A stretch of DNA of 64,000 bases from Gekko japonicus (Eukaryota): NCBI RefSeq assembly GCF_001447785.1, contig NW_015165236.1:1367998-1431997 (forward strand), written 5' to 3'. Below the pieces are notes generated by a model. It was not told the DNA's origin and did no database searches. It saw nothing but the letters and a program-made list of their open reading frames with translations. Both the position numbers and the translations under genes were made by a program. Within the stretch, counting starts at the first letter, position 1; each line of letters opens with the position of its first letter. Positions 49,069 through 61,422 of the stretch are shown here, one piece after another.

Positions 49069-50149
49069 TGTTTACTCGGAAAGAAGATATCCACGAGTGA
49101 TACGCAAGAGGGTGGCACAGGAGGGTAGCTTGCGTGGAAATTCAAGACACACACACGTTTTTTCTTGAGGGCCCAAGTGGGGAGAAGGTCTTTCCAGGAA
49201 AGAGGGCGGTTGTTCGTGTTTCTGCAGAGCAACAGCCGCAAGGCACACCCTCTTCCGGTGAAAAGGGTGGAGGAAGCCCGGGCCAGGTGTGTGGGAAGGA
49301 CGAAACTGTGGCAAAAGGGAAACTGCTTTCTCTGGGAGAACAGGCCGCCCGCCAAGCCAGGCTCATCGCCTTGCAGGAGCTGTGTGAAGAGCGCTCGCCC
49401 CGCGGGGGGAGTTTACCTTCCCAGGGCACCCTCTGAAGGCTGAAATTAGGTTAGGAAACCTTTTGGGGATTTCATTGCCTGGTTGGGAAACTTTTTGAGG
49501 ATTTCATTGCCTTGAGTTTCATTATGGAAGAGCGGGCTTAAATAAGCGTAAATACAGGCGCTTGGGAAGCTGAACCGACGGCACATGGCACATCCTCACT
49601 GTGCCCCGGCGTAAAAACGTGGGGCCGGCGGTATGCCCCTCCATAGTCTCCTTGAACTAACAACGCTTTCTTTGCTTCTTAAACAGGCGAGGGCTTGAGT
49701 GGGGTGACACTCGCTGGTGTAGAAATGGCAGTCTGGAGTGCGAGATGCTGTTATTAAAGGCCCCCGAAAGTCGCATCCCTGACCGTGGGAGTCTCTGTGG
49801 GAGGCATGCACTTGTTTGTTATTATAATGAGAGTCCCTTTTCTGCCGCCTGTTCCTTGCAGTGTCGTAACTTCCTTCCTGTTAAGAGGACGGGATTGTGC
49901 TCTGCCTTTCATCTTTGCTAGCCTTAATAGCGCCTAATTGCCGTGGCTCTTCTCAAGGAATGCAAGGAGGAACGGGAGTGTGCGATGAGCCTGAGAATCC
50001 CTGAGGACCGTCAGGTGAAGGGAAATTTCCAGCGCCTCAGTTCTCAGGGCCTGTCTCGGAAGCGCCAAGTGGCTTCAGCCTCAGTCATCTCTTGAAGCCG
50101 ATGGAATGTGTTTGGACTCTTTGGAGCTTGTGTTGCACTAACTCCTCGT

Positions 50150-50850
50150 AGGAAGGGTATTGAAAACAAATCAGCCAGTATCATAATGCCCCTGTATAAA
50201 TCAATGGTGTGACCTCATTTGGAGTATTGTGTACAGTTCTGGTCACCACACCTTAGAAAGGATATCAAAGCATTGGAAAAAGTGCAGAAAAGGGCAACTC
50301 GAATAATAAAAGGGTTGGAACACTTTCCCTATGAGGAAAGGTTAAAGCGCTTGGGGCTCTTTAGCTTGGAGAAATGACGGCTGAGGGGTGACATGATTGA
50401 GGTTTATAAGATTATGTATGGGATAGAGCAGGTAGAGAAAGAGGTACTTTTCTCCCTTTCTCACAATACAAGAACTCGTGGGCACTCCATGAAATTGCTG
50501 AGCGGTCGGGTTAGAACAGATAAAAGGAAGTACTTCTTCACCCAAAGAGGGATTAACACATGAAATTCACTGCCACAGGAGGTGGCGGCGGCTACAAGTA
50601 CGGACGGCTTCAAGAGGGAATTGAGTAAGCATTATGGAGCAGAGGTCCATCAGTGGCTGTTAGCCACAAGGTATAGATAGGGGCTCTGTGGCAAGTGATG
50701 CTCTGTCTTCTTGGTGCTTGGGGGGGGGGCAACAGTGGGAGGGGTTCTGGTGTCCTGATGGACCTCCTGATGGCACATGGTATTTTTGGCCTCTGTGTGA
50801 CAGAGTGTTGGACTGGAGGAGCCATTGGCCTGATCCAACATTGGCTTCTA
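50150..50850 (+). mobile_element. CR1 3' fragment, same subfamily as the 7.8-kb copy
   Basis: Near-identical to 9470-10170 but with stops. Further CR1 3' ends at ~13545-14115, 44475-44650 and 51920-52590. Confidence 0.9.
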
Positions 50851-52849
50851 TTCTGTTCTTAGATGGGTGGTTGTGGTTGTTGTTGATGTTACAGTAAGGG
50901 GCAGACACAAATGAAAGGGAGCCTGAATCTTCCCAGCGGAGCCAAAATGGGGTTTTTCTTCTGTCAAGGAACTCAGGATGCAGTGGAGGGGGTGGGGAGG
51001 AGGGGCAAAAGAAGTCTGCTGTCCGTGGGCGAACTAAGCCCGGCCTTCCTGCACTTCAGTAGCATTGCCTTCCTGGGACTCTTGTGCGTGGTTGCTTTCT
51101 GTAAGGCAAAAATAGACTCCCGCTGGTCACAGCAGGCACCCGAGGAGGAACCCTCGCCGGGTGCCTCTTTAAATGTGACCTTGGAGGCTCTGCCTGTGGT
51201 GCAGGGGGGGGGCATGGGTTCTCCTCCTCCTCCTCCGCTGGGTCCTGCCTCCTCGTGTTTTTGGCCTGGTGTTGCTTCCCTGTGGATTCGCTGATCTGTG
51301 GCTTTTGTCTCTCGGCGAAATCAGGCTTTGGAGAGGGAGCCGCTGATGCGGCCATAGATTTGATACCTCTCGTGGAATTCTATCCCGCTTTAAATGCCAG
51401 TCGGTATAAATAATTGAAAACTGGAGTTCTCATTTCCAGTGTGAGCCTTGAATAATAGATCTCCCCCCCCCCGCCTCTTTTTAAAAAGCCACCTGGTGTC
51501 ATTTTTCATATGCCGTTTTGTGTGTGTGTGTGGAGATGGCACAGAGAGCTTTCATAGCCTCAGTGTCAGAACCCACGGCCAACAACGCAGTACACGCATT
51601 CAGTAACGGTAATACTTTTATTGCAGAGCTATAGATGCAGGAACACAGGCACTGTTAGGAATGGCGGCGGCCCCATGGGCATAATAGGATATAGGGTATT
51701 CGTATGCACCCCCCCCCAGAGCACTGGCCAATTAGGCATGCGGGATAAAGCTTGGAGACCCTTCTTGTTTGGTGGGGGGGGGGGAACTGGCAAAGGGCAC
51801 GTGATTAAAAGGTTGTGGCATGGCTTGGGGGGAAACGGGCGCTTCTGCTCTGCCTCCCAGAGTGGGCTGTGTTGGGCTTCCAGAGGCGGCTTTGCAGGTC
51901 TAGAATTCTGAGCACCCCTCTAGCTTGGAGAAATGACGGCTGAGGGGTGACATGATCGAGGTTTACAAGATTATGCCTGGGATAGAGCAGGTAGAGAAAG
52001 AAGCACTTTTCTCTCTTTCTCCATGAATTTGCTGAGCGGTTGGGTTCGAATGGATAAAAGGAAGTCCTTCTTCACCCAAAGAGGGAATAACACATAGAAT
52101 TCACTGCCACAGGAGGTGGCGGCAGCTACAAGCATGGACGGCTTCAAGAGGGAACTGGAGCAAAGGTCCATCGCTGGCTATTAGCCACAAGGTATAGATA
52201 GGGACTCTCAGTCTGGGGCAAGGGATGCTCTGTATTCTTGGTGCTTGGGGGGGGCAACAGTGGGAGGGCTCCTAGTGTCCTGGCCCCACTGCTGGACCTC
52301 CTGATGGCACTTGGTATTTCTGGCCACTGTGTGACACACAGTGTTGGACTAGGTGGGCCATTGGCCTGATCCAACACTGGTTTCTCTAATGTTCTTATAG
52401 GAACCCTCAGTCTGGGGCAAGGGATGCTCTGTATTCTTGGTGCTTGGGGGGGTGGACGGACAGTGGGAGGGCTCCTAGTGTCCTGGCCCCACTGGTGGAC
52501 CTCCTGATGGCACCTGGTATTTTTGGCCACCGAGTGACAGAGTGCTGGACTGGATGGGCCATTGGTTTGATCCAGCATTGGCTTCTCTTATGTTTGTACC
52601 CCTGCAGCCCTTTGGTAATCCTTTTCTGCTCAACTGAGACGCAAGGTGGTGGCCTGGTGGCAGCTCGAAAGGCCTTTGGAGGCGTCTGCCCTTTGGTCCG
52701 GGAAGGAAGCGGGCAGGCCACGCCAATGATCCCAACCGTGTTTCCCCTTTTCTCCATCTGGCAGCTTCCTGCCTGGCCCGCCCCTGCTCCTTGCGCGGGC
52801 TGCCTTCATCCTCACGGACTTTGTCTCGTCCTTCCCCCCGCAGGTGTGA

Positions 52850-52959
52850 ATGACCGAGGAGGTGCCCCCGGCCGCACTCAGTGAGATCAGCCTCCGCCTC
52901 TTGTGCCATGATGACATAGACACGGTCAAGCAGCTCTGCGGCGACTGGTTCCCCATAGA
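52850..52959 (+). CDS. NAA60: N-alpha-acetyltransferase 60 (NatF) coding exon 1
   Basis: Acceptor at 52843; MTEEVPPAALSEISLRLLCHDDIDTVKQLCGDWFPIE; donor GTAGGT. Confidence 0.95.
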
Positions 52960-53526
52960 GTAGGTTGTGGGCCTGGCTTTGGGGCTGGGGGGGGAACGAG
53001 CGGTGCAGGACGCCACCAGCCGTGCAGCCCGGGGTATTCTCTCAGAAGCAGTCCTTGAAAGAGCTCTCTCAGCCCCACCTGCCTCACATGGTGTCTGTTG
53101 TGGGGAGGGGAAGGGAAAGGAGTTTGGAAGCTGCTCTGAGACTCCTTTGGGTAGTGAAGGGCGGGGTACAAATCCAATATCTTCTCTTCTTCTTTTTCTT
53201 GAGTGGGGGCAGGGAAGGGGTCTGAGAAGGACCCGAGGACTTTCGTTTAACCCCCCCGCCCCGAAGCAGAGCCCCTCCACATTATGGAATCCTGGCTAGT
53301 TTGCCACAAGCAGAGAAGAGCAGGGTGGTCTCTGCAGAGGACACGTCTGAGTCGTGCAGAACCAAGAGAGCTGTGGCGCGTGAAAGGAAGGCCCATGTTC
53401 CCTAGACCCATCCGCACGTTGCTCCTCCTCGTTGTCCCCGTCAAGTGCCCGGGGTGTGTGTGTCTCTGGGCATGTGGTTTCATTAAGCAGTGGGGGGCTT
53501 GCCAACACCCCCCCCCCCCCCGGGGT

Positions 53527-53797
53527 GTGTGTAGTGGTTAGGAGCGCGGACTCTAATCTGGGAGAACCGGGTTTGATTCCCCACTCCTCCACTTGCAGCT
53601 GCTGGATGACCTTGGGCAAGCCGTAGTTCTGTCAGAGCTGTCCTTGAAAAAGAGCCGTTTCTGTCAAGAGCTCTCTCAGCCCCACCGACCTCACAGGGAG
53701 TCTGTTGTGGGGAGGGGGAGGGAAAGGAGATTGTGAAACCGCTCTGAGACTCCAGGTAGTGACAGGTGGAGTATAAATCCCATCTCTTCTTCTTCCT
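53527..53797 (+). mobile_element. Squam3-like SINE ending ~25 nt upstream of NAA60 coding exon 2
   Basis: Same family consensus and tail. Confidence 0.85.
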
Positions 53798-53823
53798 TAG
53801 TTCTGTTTTTCCCCCCTTCCCAG

Positions 53824-53953
53824 GTACCCTGACTCGTGGTATCGGGACATCACTTCCAACAAGAAGTTTTTCTCCTTGGCGGCCACTTACCGGGGCATCA
53901 TTGTGGGAATGATAGTGGCCGAGATCAAGAGTCGGACAAAAGTGCACAAGGAG
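53824..53953 (+). CDS. NAA60: NAA60 coding exon 2 (YPDSWYRDITSNKKFFSLAATY...VHKE)
   Basis: AG/GT, 130 nt. Confidence 0.95.
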
Positions 53954-54585
53954 GTAGGCGGAGGGTCTCGCCCCTCGATTGCCTTCCGCCGTTGGGCGCC
54001 TCTTACACCGAGGTTACGCTGCGCTGCAAGCCAGCATCCGTCTTCTAGCCTGGTCATTGGGTCTCCCACCCTTTCTTTAAAAAAAAGAAAAGTATTAGTC
54101 ATAACATCGTACAAGGTCTGCCCAAGTACAGCATCATTAGAAAAGTATATCGCATTTCCTTGAGAGCCAGTTTGGTGTAGTGGTTAAGTGCGCAGACTCT
54201 AATCTGGGAGAGCTGGGTTTGATCCCCCACTCTTCCACTTGCAGCTGCTGGTTTGACCTTGGGTAGGTTACAAGTTCTCTCAGGGCTGTTCTCTCAAGGA
54301 CAGTTCTGGAAAGAGCTCTCTCAGCAGCCCCACCTATCTCACAGGGCGTCTGTTGTGGGGAGGGGGAGGGAAGGAGTTTGTAAGGCGCCCTGAGACTCCA
54401 AGTGAAGGGCCGGGGGTATAAATCCAATCTCTTCTCTTGTTCTTCTTGTTTATTTCCTTGTTTTACTGGATGCCTCATCTTGTCGCTTGTCCCGACTCCC
54501 TCTGTGTCATCTGCCTTGAGTCCCGGTGAGGGAGGCGGACCGTCACTTCCATAAATAAAATGAAAGTTTTATCCACAGAACACTT

Positions 54586-54933
54586 TGTCAGGGTTACGCA
54601 ACACAGGGCTTCGTGAGAAGATAACTGTTTATTGGTAAATCCAGTACTAGAGACACGTGTACAGCTTGTGTCAGGAATGGGCGCCAGTACTAGGGCCTCT
54701 GACTTATACTGGAATCAGACATCCCCCCGGTAAGCATGAGCCAGTGGATACATCTCGTGCGCGTGCACGGGCAAAGCAAGCAGGCAAAGCAAAAGCTGTT
54801 GACTTTCCCAGCCGAGTAAAACTGCAGCTGGAACATCTACAAGGTCAAGCATAACATAGCAAATGGTTGGTGAGCCAGGGAGAGCTGAGACAGAAAACGG
54901 GAAGGCACCCCTCCACATTCCAGACCCATGACA
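54586..54933 (-). mobile_element. Possible solo LTR
   Basis: TGTCAGGGT..ACCCATGACA termini, minus-strand AATAAA, related copy at ~57094-57300; no clear TSD. Confidence 0.4.
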
Positions 54934-55110
54934 GGGCTACATGACATCGGGTGAGAATACTTTCGGTTGTACATTTCCCCCCCCTCCAGCTAACATCTCC
55001 CCCCTTCTCAAGGAAAGGAAGGAAGAAAGGAAGGAAGCTGGACTTGAGAAGAAGCCTGTGTGCTGAGGTCGTGGACTTTTAACGTGGTTTCTTCCTCCCT
55101 CCCTCTCTAG

Positions 55111-55207
55111 GATGGTGATATTTTAGCTTCCAGCTTTCCTGTGGATACTCAGGTCGCCTACATTTTAAGCCTGGGCGTGGTCAAAGAATTCCGGAAGCAT
55201 GGCATAG
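55111..55207 (+). CDS. NAA60: NAA60 coding exon 3 (DGDILASSFPVDTQVAYILSLGVVKEFRKHGI)
   Basis: AG/GTAAG, 97 nt, GNAT acetyl-CoA motif RKHGIG. Confidence 0.95.
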
Positions 55208-56515
55208 GTAAGCAGGCCTTTGCTTTTGTTCAGGTGACTGGTGGGCGATGCAAACGGGAGGTGGCTCCTGTCATGTCCTGAGCACTGGGCAGGAGTTCCA
55301 TAACAATGCTCCCTCTGAGCTGTAGAGTCTTGTGAGCAAAAATCCTACTTTGTGAGCTCCTGGCATTAAAGTTCTTAGCTAGCGATTTGGCTCTACTGCA
55401 TAAATCGGTTTGCTCTGGAGCCCCATCCTTCCTGAGCTGAGACAAAAATCTGTTGAGCCGGAGGCTAAAAAAGCTGTGAGCTGGCTCACACTAACTCAGC
55501 ATAGAGGGAACACTGCGTTGCACAGCCTCATTTCTGAGGCACGAATGTGATTTTGTTCTGCCTCAGTTTCCCACGTGACCGACCATTCGAAATTTGTTGG
55601 GAACGTCAGTCTCTGTGCCGGAAGTCTGGAAGACAGCAAATGTCATGCTGAGGTGTTTTTTAAGGGATCCAGGAGGACTCGGGGACATTACGGACTAGGT
55701 AGTTTCTCTGTCCCGGGTAAACAGGTTAAAAAAGTGTTATTGAAGAGGGGGCAACCTGGGTGTCCCAGGCGAGCCGACTCCCATCCAGCCTGGGAAGCTA
55801 AGCAGGCTCGGCCCTGGTTGGTACTTGGATGGGAGACTGCCCAGGGAAGCCCAGGGTTGTGACACCAAGGCAGGCATTGGCAGAACCACCTCCATTTGTC
55901 TCTGCCCCTCCCTAGATGGCCCAGGCCAGGCCAGGCCAGTCTTTTCAGCTTTCAGAAGATGGCCAAGAAAGGCCAAGCATTGTGGTGCAGAGGAAGGTTG
56001 TGGCAAACCACCTCTGAATGTCTTGGAAACCCCACCAGGGGCCGGCCCTAAGTCACCTACAGCTTGATGGCACTTTGCACCACCAACAGCAACATAAAAG
56101 GTCTACAGAACTGGGCCTGGCACAGAGGAACTAGATGTTTGTGTTTGTGTGTAAAGTGGCTCAGTGACTAAGACACTGAGCTGCAGACCGGGAGGTCAGT
56201 AGTTCGGCAGTTCGAGACCCGAGTGCCGCGTGACGGAGTGAGCTCCCGTCTCCGCCTCCAGCTCCTGCCAACCGAGCCGTTCGAAAGCAAGAAATGGCAA
56301 GTGGATAAATAGGGACCGCTTCGGTGGGAAGGTAACGGCGTTCCGTGCGCCTTGGCGTCTAGTCACGCCGGCCACATGACCACGGAGACGTGCTTGGACA
56401 GCGCTGGCTCTTCGGCTTGGAAACGGAGATGAGCGCTGCAGCCCTAGAGTCAGGGCAGGGACTTTCAGGGGTGTTCTGCCTTGGCCTGCCCCTGCGTTGT
56501 AGCCACCCTGGGCTT

Positions 56516-56911
56516 CAGGGGTCAGTCCCTGCAGGAGCGCACAGGAACGGAGCTCCGGCAGTAAAGAGCCCAGGGGGGCGGGCACATGCAACAAGCCCCG
56601 CCCCCTGCTCCCAGCAGCCCTCAGTCAGAGCAAGAAGCAGCCAGGTAAGCTGCAGAGCTCCCCCTGGCCCAAAACAGTCCAGTGGCACCTTTAAGACCGA
56701 GTCTTATTCAGGTGCAAGCTCTCCCTCCTCTGCAAGGACAGATCTGCACGTTCCCCCCCCCCCAATAGCTAGCAATCCAGAACAGTCCAGTGGAGCCTGA
56801 GCGGTGGGTGTTGCCTTCTGACACACTTCTGGTGATGTCAGGGGGTGTGGCATATGCAAACGAGGTATGCTAATGCGCTCCTGCACCTCTTTTCCTACAA
56901 AATGACCCCTG
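56516..56911. mobile_element. hAT-type MITE family 2 (~400 bp, TIR CAGGGGTCATTTC)
   Basis: TSD CTGGGCTT. Other copies at 686-~975 (partial), 24400-24804, 27950-28354, 39546-39830 (partial) and 40326-40728. Confidence 0.85.
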
Positions 56912-57332
56912 CTGGGCTTCCTCGCTGGCCTCCCATCCAAGTGCTAACCCCGGGCTGATCTTGCTTAGCTTCTGAGACCTGACGAGATCGAGTCAGCACC
57001 TTATCATGTTACCCTCTCTTCAGTAGCACTTTCAAAACCTTTTTTTCCCTGGGCCAAATGAACAAGTCTCTTGGGGAGACCAGGCTAGCCCTGTGTCAGG
57101 GTTCCCAGTCAGTCACACTCAACACCAGGCCTTCAGAAGTACCAGTTTATTGAGGGAGAAAGTACTTGAGACACCATGAACTCTTGTGTCAGGAATGACG
57201 AGGGAGGCCTGTGGGGCCCCAGGGGAATACCCCCTTCAGAGGAGACCCCCTGACACCCCGAGGCCAATGAGCAAGCACAATTAAGCACAGGCTAACACAG
57301 AACCGTTAGGTTCCCAGTGAGAAGCTCAGGGA

Positions 57333-58068
57333 AGAGCCAGTTTGGTGTCGTGGTTGAAGTGCGCGGACTCTAATATGGGAGAACTGGGTTTGATTCCCCC
57401 CCTCCTCCTCCACTTGCACCTGGCTGGATGACCTTGGGCAAGCCGTGGTTCTGATAAGAGCTGTTCTTGAAAAAGAGCAGTTCCTGTCAGAGCTCTCTCA
57501 GGCCCAGCTATCTCACAGGACGTCTGTTGTGGGGAGGGGAAGGGAAAGGAGTTTGTAAGCCGCTCTGAGACTCCTTTGGGTAGTGAAGGACAGGGTATAA
57601 ATCCAATCTCTTCTCTTCTTCTTCTTCTTCCTCCATTTGCACCTGCTGGATGGCCTTGGGCAAGCCGTAGTTCTGATAAGAGCTGTTCTTGAAAAAGAGC
57701 AGTTCCTGTCAGAGCTCTCTCAGGCCCAGCTATCTCACAGGACGTCTGTTGTGGGGAGGGGAAGGGAAAGGAGTTTGTAAGCCGCTCTGAGACTCCTTTG
57801 GGTAGTGAAGGACAGGGTATAAATCCAATCTCTTCTTTTCTTCTTCTTCTTCCTCCACTTGCACCTGGCTGGATGACCTTGGGCAAGCCGTAGGTCTGAC
57901 AAGAACTGTCCTTGAAAAAGAGCAGTTTCTGTCAGAGCTCTCTCAGCCTTACCTGCCTCCCAGGGTGTCTGTTGTGGGGAGGGGAAGGGGAAGGAGTTTG
58001 TCAGCCGCTCTGAGACTCCCTTGGGTAGTGAAGGGCCATGGAGTATAGATCCAATCTCTTCTCTTCTC
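57333..58068 (+). mobile_element. Squam3-like SINE with internal tandem triplication of body+tail
   Basis: One head followed by three near-identical ~220-bp body/tail units. Confidence 0.8.
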
Positions 58069-58789
58069 TAGCTCCAAGGCCACCTGCAAGATAAGCACTA
58101 GGCTAGAGAAGGCGTGGGGGGGGGGGCGTGAGTACAATCCGTTGTCCAACACCCCGACTCACAGCAGCCTCAGCTGACACCTGTCCCACAACTCTCTGGT
58201 TGTGCCCGTGCCCCTTCCGGCCTGTCCTCGGGGCAAACCCGGCTTTTATTTCCATAAATCCAAGTAAGATCCCGAGGAAGCTGCTGCCGCGTAAAGAGAG
58301 GAGGCACACGCAGCTGGGGTCAGTGACCTCTGAGTGTGGAGTTCCCGGTGCTGCTCCTTGGCAGAGGAAGGCGGAGGATTCCCCGGCAGCCCTTGGCAGG
58401 AGGAAGGCGGCCGGCTCTTGGCAGGTCTCTTCGCCGGAGTGCCACTCCTGGCTCGCTCTGCGGGATGTCGTATGGTTTTGAGACAGCCGCAAAGCTCTCC
58501 ATGCGGGCCAGAGGGCTGGGCTCCACCGTGCACGTTTTCACGCCGTCGCTCTGCGCCGCCTGAGGGGCCGGGGTCCTCTTGTTGATGATTGATTTATTTG
58601 TTTGCATTCAGAGCCCGCCCATCCCATGGGTGGGCTCAGGGCGGGTCACCTCATTGAAATAAATACCATTTCAGTCTAAAACATTAAACATTAAAAACGC
58701 AATAAAACATTATAACAATTAAAACAATGGGTACAGCTTGGAACAGCATCAGTTGGCCCCAGAGTTCTGGCCTGAGGGTACAGTGAGTT

Positions 58790-59160
58790 AAAGGCCAGTT
58801 GTCGGTGGCCAGGAGACGGGTGACAGATGGGTGAGAGCCGCCTCAGGGGGGAGGCCATGCACGGGTGCCCGCTGCCTCAGCCAAAGGCCTGGCGGAAGAG
58901 CTCCGTCTCGCAGGCCCTGCGGAGTTGGAGGAGATCCCTACGCAGGGGGGCCCTGGTCTCAATAGGGAGCCTGTCCCATCAGGAGAAAGCCCTGGCCCTG
59001 GTTGAGGAAAGACGGGCGTCCCTTGGGTCGGGGACCACCAGGAGGTGTTGATCTTTTGAGCGTAGTGCTCTTCGAGGCGTCTATGGGAAGAGGCGGTCCC
59101 TTAGATATGTGGGTCCCAGGCCGTATAAGGCTTTGAAGGTCAAAACCAAAGGCAGCTTTT
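58790..59160 (-). mobile_element. L2 LINE 3' fragment
   Basis: Minus translation LVLTFKALYGLGPTYLRDRLFP, typical of the L2 ORF2 C-terminus. Other L2 pieces near 16460-16640, 36710-36880 and 59920-60040. Confidence 0.7.
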
Positions 59161-59279
59161 GAACCTGATAAGGAGCCGGAAAGGCCGTGGGGGGGGGGGG
59201 GGGCGGGGGGGGGGGTGTGCCCTGGGGAGGGGGATGCTCCCGGTGGTCCCTCACGCCCCTCTTCCTCCTCCCGTGGCAG

Positions 59280-59514
59280 GCTCGCTCTTGCTGGAAAGCT
59301 TGAAAGACCACATCTCCACCACTGCCCAAGACCACTGCAAGGCCATCTACTTGCACGTCCTCACCACGAACCACCCTGCCATCAGTTTCTACGAGAACCG
59401 GGACTTCAAGCAGCACCACTACCTGCCCTCTTACTACTCCATCCGGGGCGTCCTGAAAGATGGCTTCACCTACGTGCTTTACCTCAACGGCGGGCACCCT
59501 CCCTGGACCATCTT
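59280..59514 (+). CDS. NAA60: NAA60 coding exon 4 (GSLLLESLKDH...GGHPPWTI)
   Basis: AG acceptor; ends at the U12 donor ATATCCTTTG. Confidence 0.95.
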
Positions 59515-61422
59515 ATATCCTTTGCCAGGGATCACCGGGGCACGGGAGCCCCGAGAAGCACCGTGGCGAGTCCCGCCAGCGAAGCCGAGGGGGACGGGTG
59601 TCTGCCTGGGTGTTTGCAAATGGATTGCTTGGGAGAGAACGGTTGCAGCCCTCTTGCTGGGTGGGGGCGGGGGGGGGATTGCAAGGCCAGGGAGGAGGAA
59701 GGGGAAAAGGGAGTAAGGGTGGGGGGAGCTCCAGGAGGCATGACAGGAAGTTTTGGTTTGTCTCTGCATCGGGTGTAAAATGAGCCAGCCTGCTGCTCGT
59801 GAATTACTAATGTTTTCACGTGTGCTAAACCTGAAAATGTATTAACTTGCATTCAGTGTTAAACGGAGGTTCTTGGGTTCTTTGCTGGCGAAAGGGGACC
59901 TGGAATGACCTTGTAATTAACGGGCGCCTGCTGCCTCAGCCAGAGGCCTGGTGGAAGAGCTCCGTCTCGCAGGCCCTGCGGAATGGAAGCAGATCCCTAC
60001 GCAGGGCCCTGGTCTCAATAGGGAGCGTGTCCCACCAGGCTGTAAAGTTCGGTAACTCAGAAGCAGGATGACGCTTCAAAGCAAGTGAGGACAAAACGGT
60101 GGCCGCGGGGGTGAGTCAGTGGCTTTGCAGGCCTGTCTAGATGGTTTCACTCTTTCTCCCTGCGTGTGTCAGAACGGCAACCCCGAGCACCCCTCCACTA
60201 GTGCAGATGGCCTGTTGGGGGGAGTGAATGTTGAGGCCGAGATTTCCAGATGGCCTGGGACACTGTCCATGCCCCTGTGGGACGGCTGCTTGTGTGTTCG
60301 CCTGAGCTGTTCTCTGGGGGCTGGGACATGTTGAGGTGTCACGTGGTGGTGGCCGGGGGGCCGGAGTGTTTCCCCACTTGCTGGACTTCCTGTCCTAGTA
60401 AAGGATGCTGAGCGAGGGGGAGCAGTGGGGGTTAGTAATCGTAGAGATGGAAAACGCAAGGGTAGACCATCAAAAAATCCACAGGTTTACATGTTACCAT
60501 AGACGTAAGTCTTATTGTAACGTAATTACAGTAAAACAATTAATAAAGTAGAATTGGTGGTCACAATTCCAAAACACGGTAACAATTCAAAGAACAGAAG
60601 ACTGAATTGACAAGAAAAGATAAATTCAGTCGTGAAGAAAGAATCCAGTAGGAGACTCCTCTATATCCTTTCAATATAATAGTGTCCAAAAGACCTCCGA
60701 GTCCACAAAAAAGGCAGAAGATGTCCCAGAGAAGTCTGCAGCCGAAAACAGCCTTCCCAGGTATGCCAGACGTTTCAAAGCACTCTTCTTCAGTTGTATG
60801 GCTGAAAATTGGAACCTGATTTCCACAATAGTCTAGGCACAGCTCATGTCTCAAATGGAATCTGTGGTCCTGTGTTACTGTGTTTTGGAATCGTGACCAT
60901 CAGATCTACTTTATTAATTGTTTTAGAAGAAGAAGAGATTGGGTTTATACCCCATGGCCCTTCACTACCCAAAGGTGTCTCAGAGCGGCTTACAAACTCC
61001 TTTCCCTTCCCCTCCCCACAACAGACACCCTGTGAGGTAGGTGGGGGCTGAGAGAGCTCTTGACAGAAACTGCTCTTTTTCAAGGACAGCTCTTATCAGA
61101 ACTACGGCTTGCCCAAGGTCATCCAGCAGCTGCAAGTGGAGGAGTGGGGAATCAAACCCGGTTCTCCCAGATTAGAGTCCGCGCACTTAACCACTACACC
61201 AAACTGGTGTAAAGAATCGAAAACAATTAATTATGTTACAATGAGATTTATGTCTAAGGGTAACGTGTAAACCTGTGAATTTTTTGATGGTCTACCCTTG
61301 CGTTTTTCATCTCTTTAATTATTGTTTGGTTAGTAGTCGTAGCCGTAGCCCCTGCTGCGGGCCGCTGGCCTGGGGTGCATCTCTCTCGGCCTTCCCGGTT
61401 CTCTTCCTTAACGACCGTGCAC
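59515..61422 (+). other. NAA60: U12-type (minor spliceosome) AT-AC intron of NAA60
   Basis: 5'ss ATATCCTTT at 59515, branch TTCCTTAAC 61404-61412, terminal AC 61421-61422; joining restores the reading frame. Confidence 0.93.
60445..61327. mobile_element. Fold-back (probably Penelope-like) element with nested SINE, inside the U12 intron
   Basis: ~87-bp inverted arms 60442-60528 / 61228-61315; 15-bp near-perfect direct repeat GGTTAGTARTCGTAG at 60430-60444 and 61328-61342. Confidence 0.6.
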
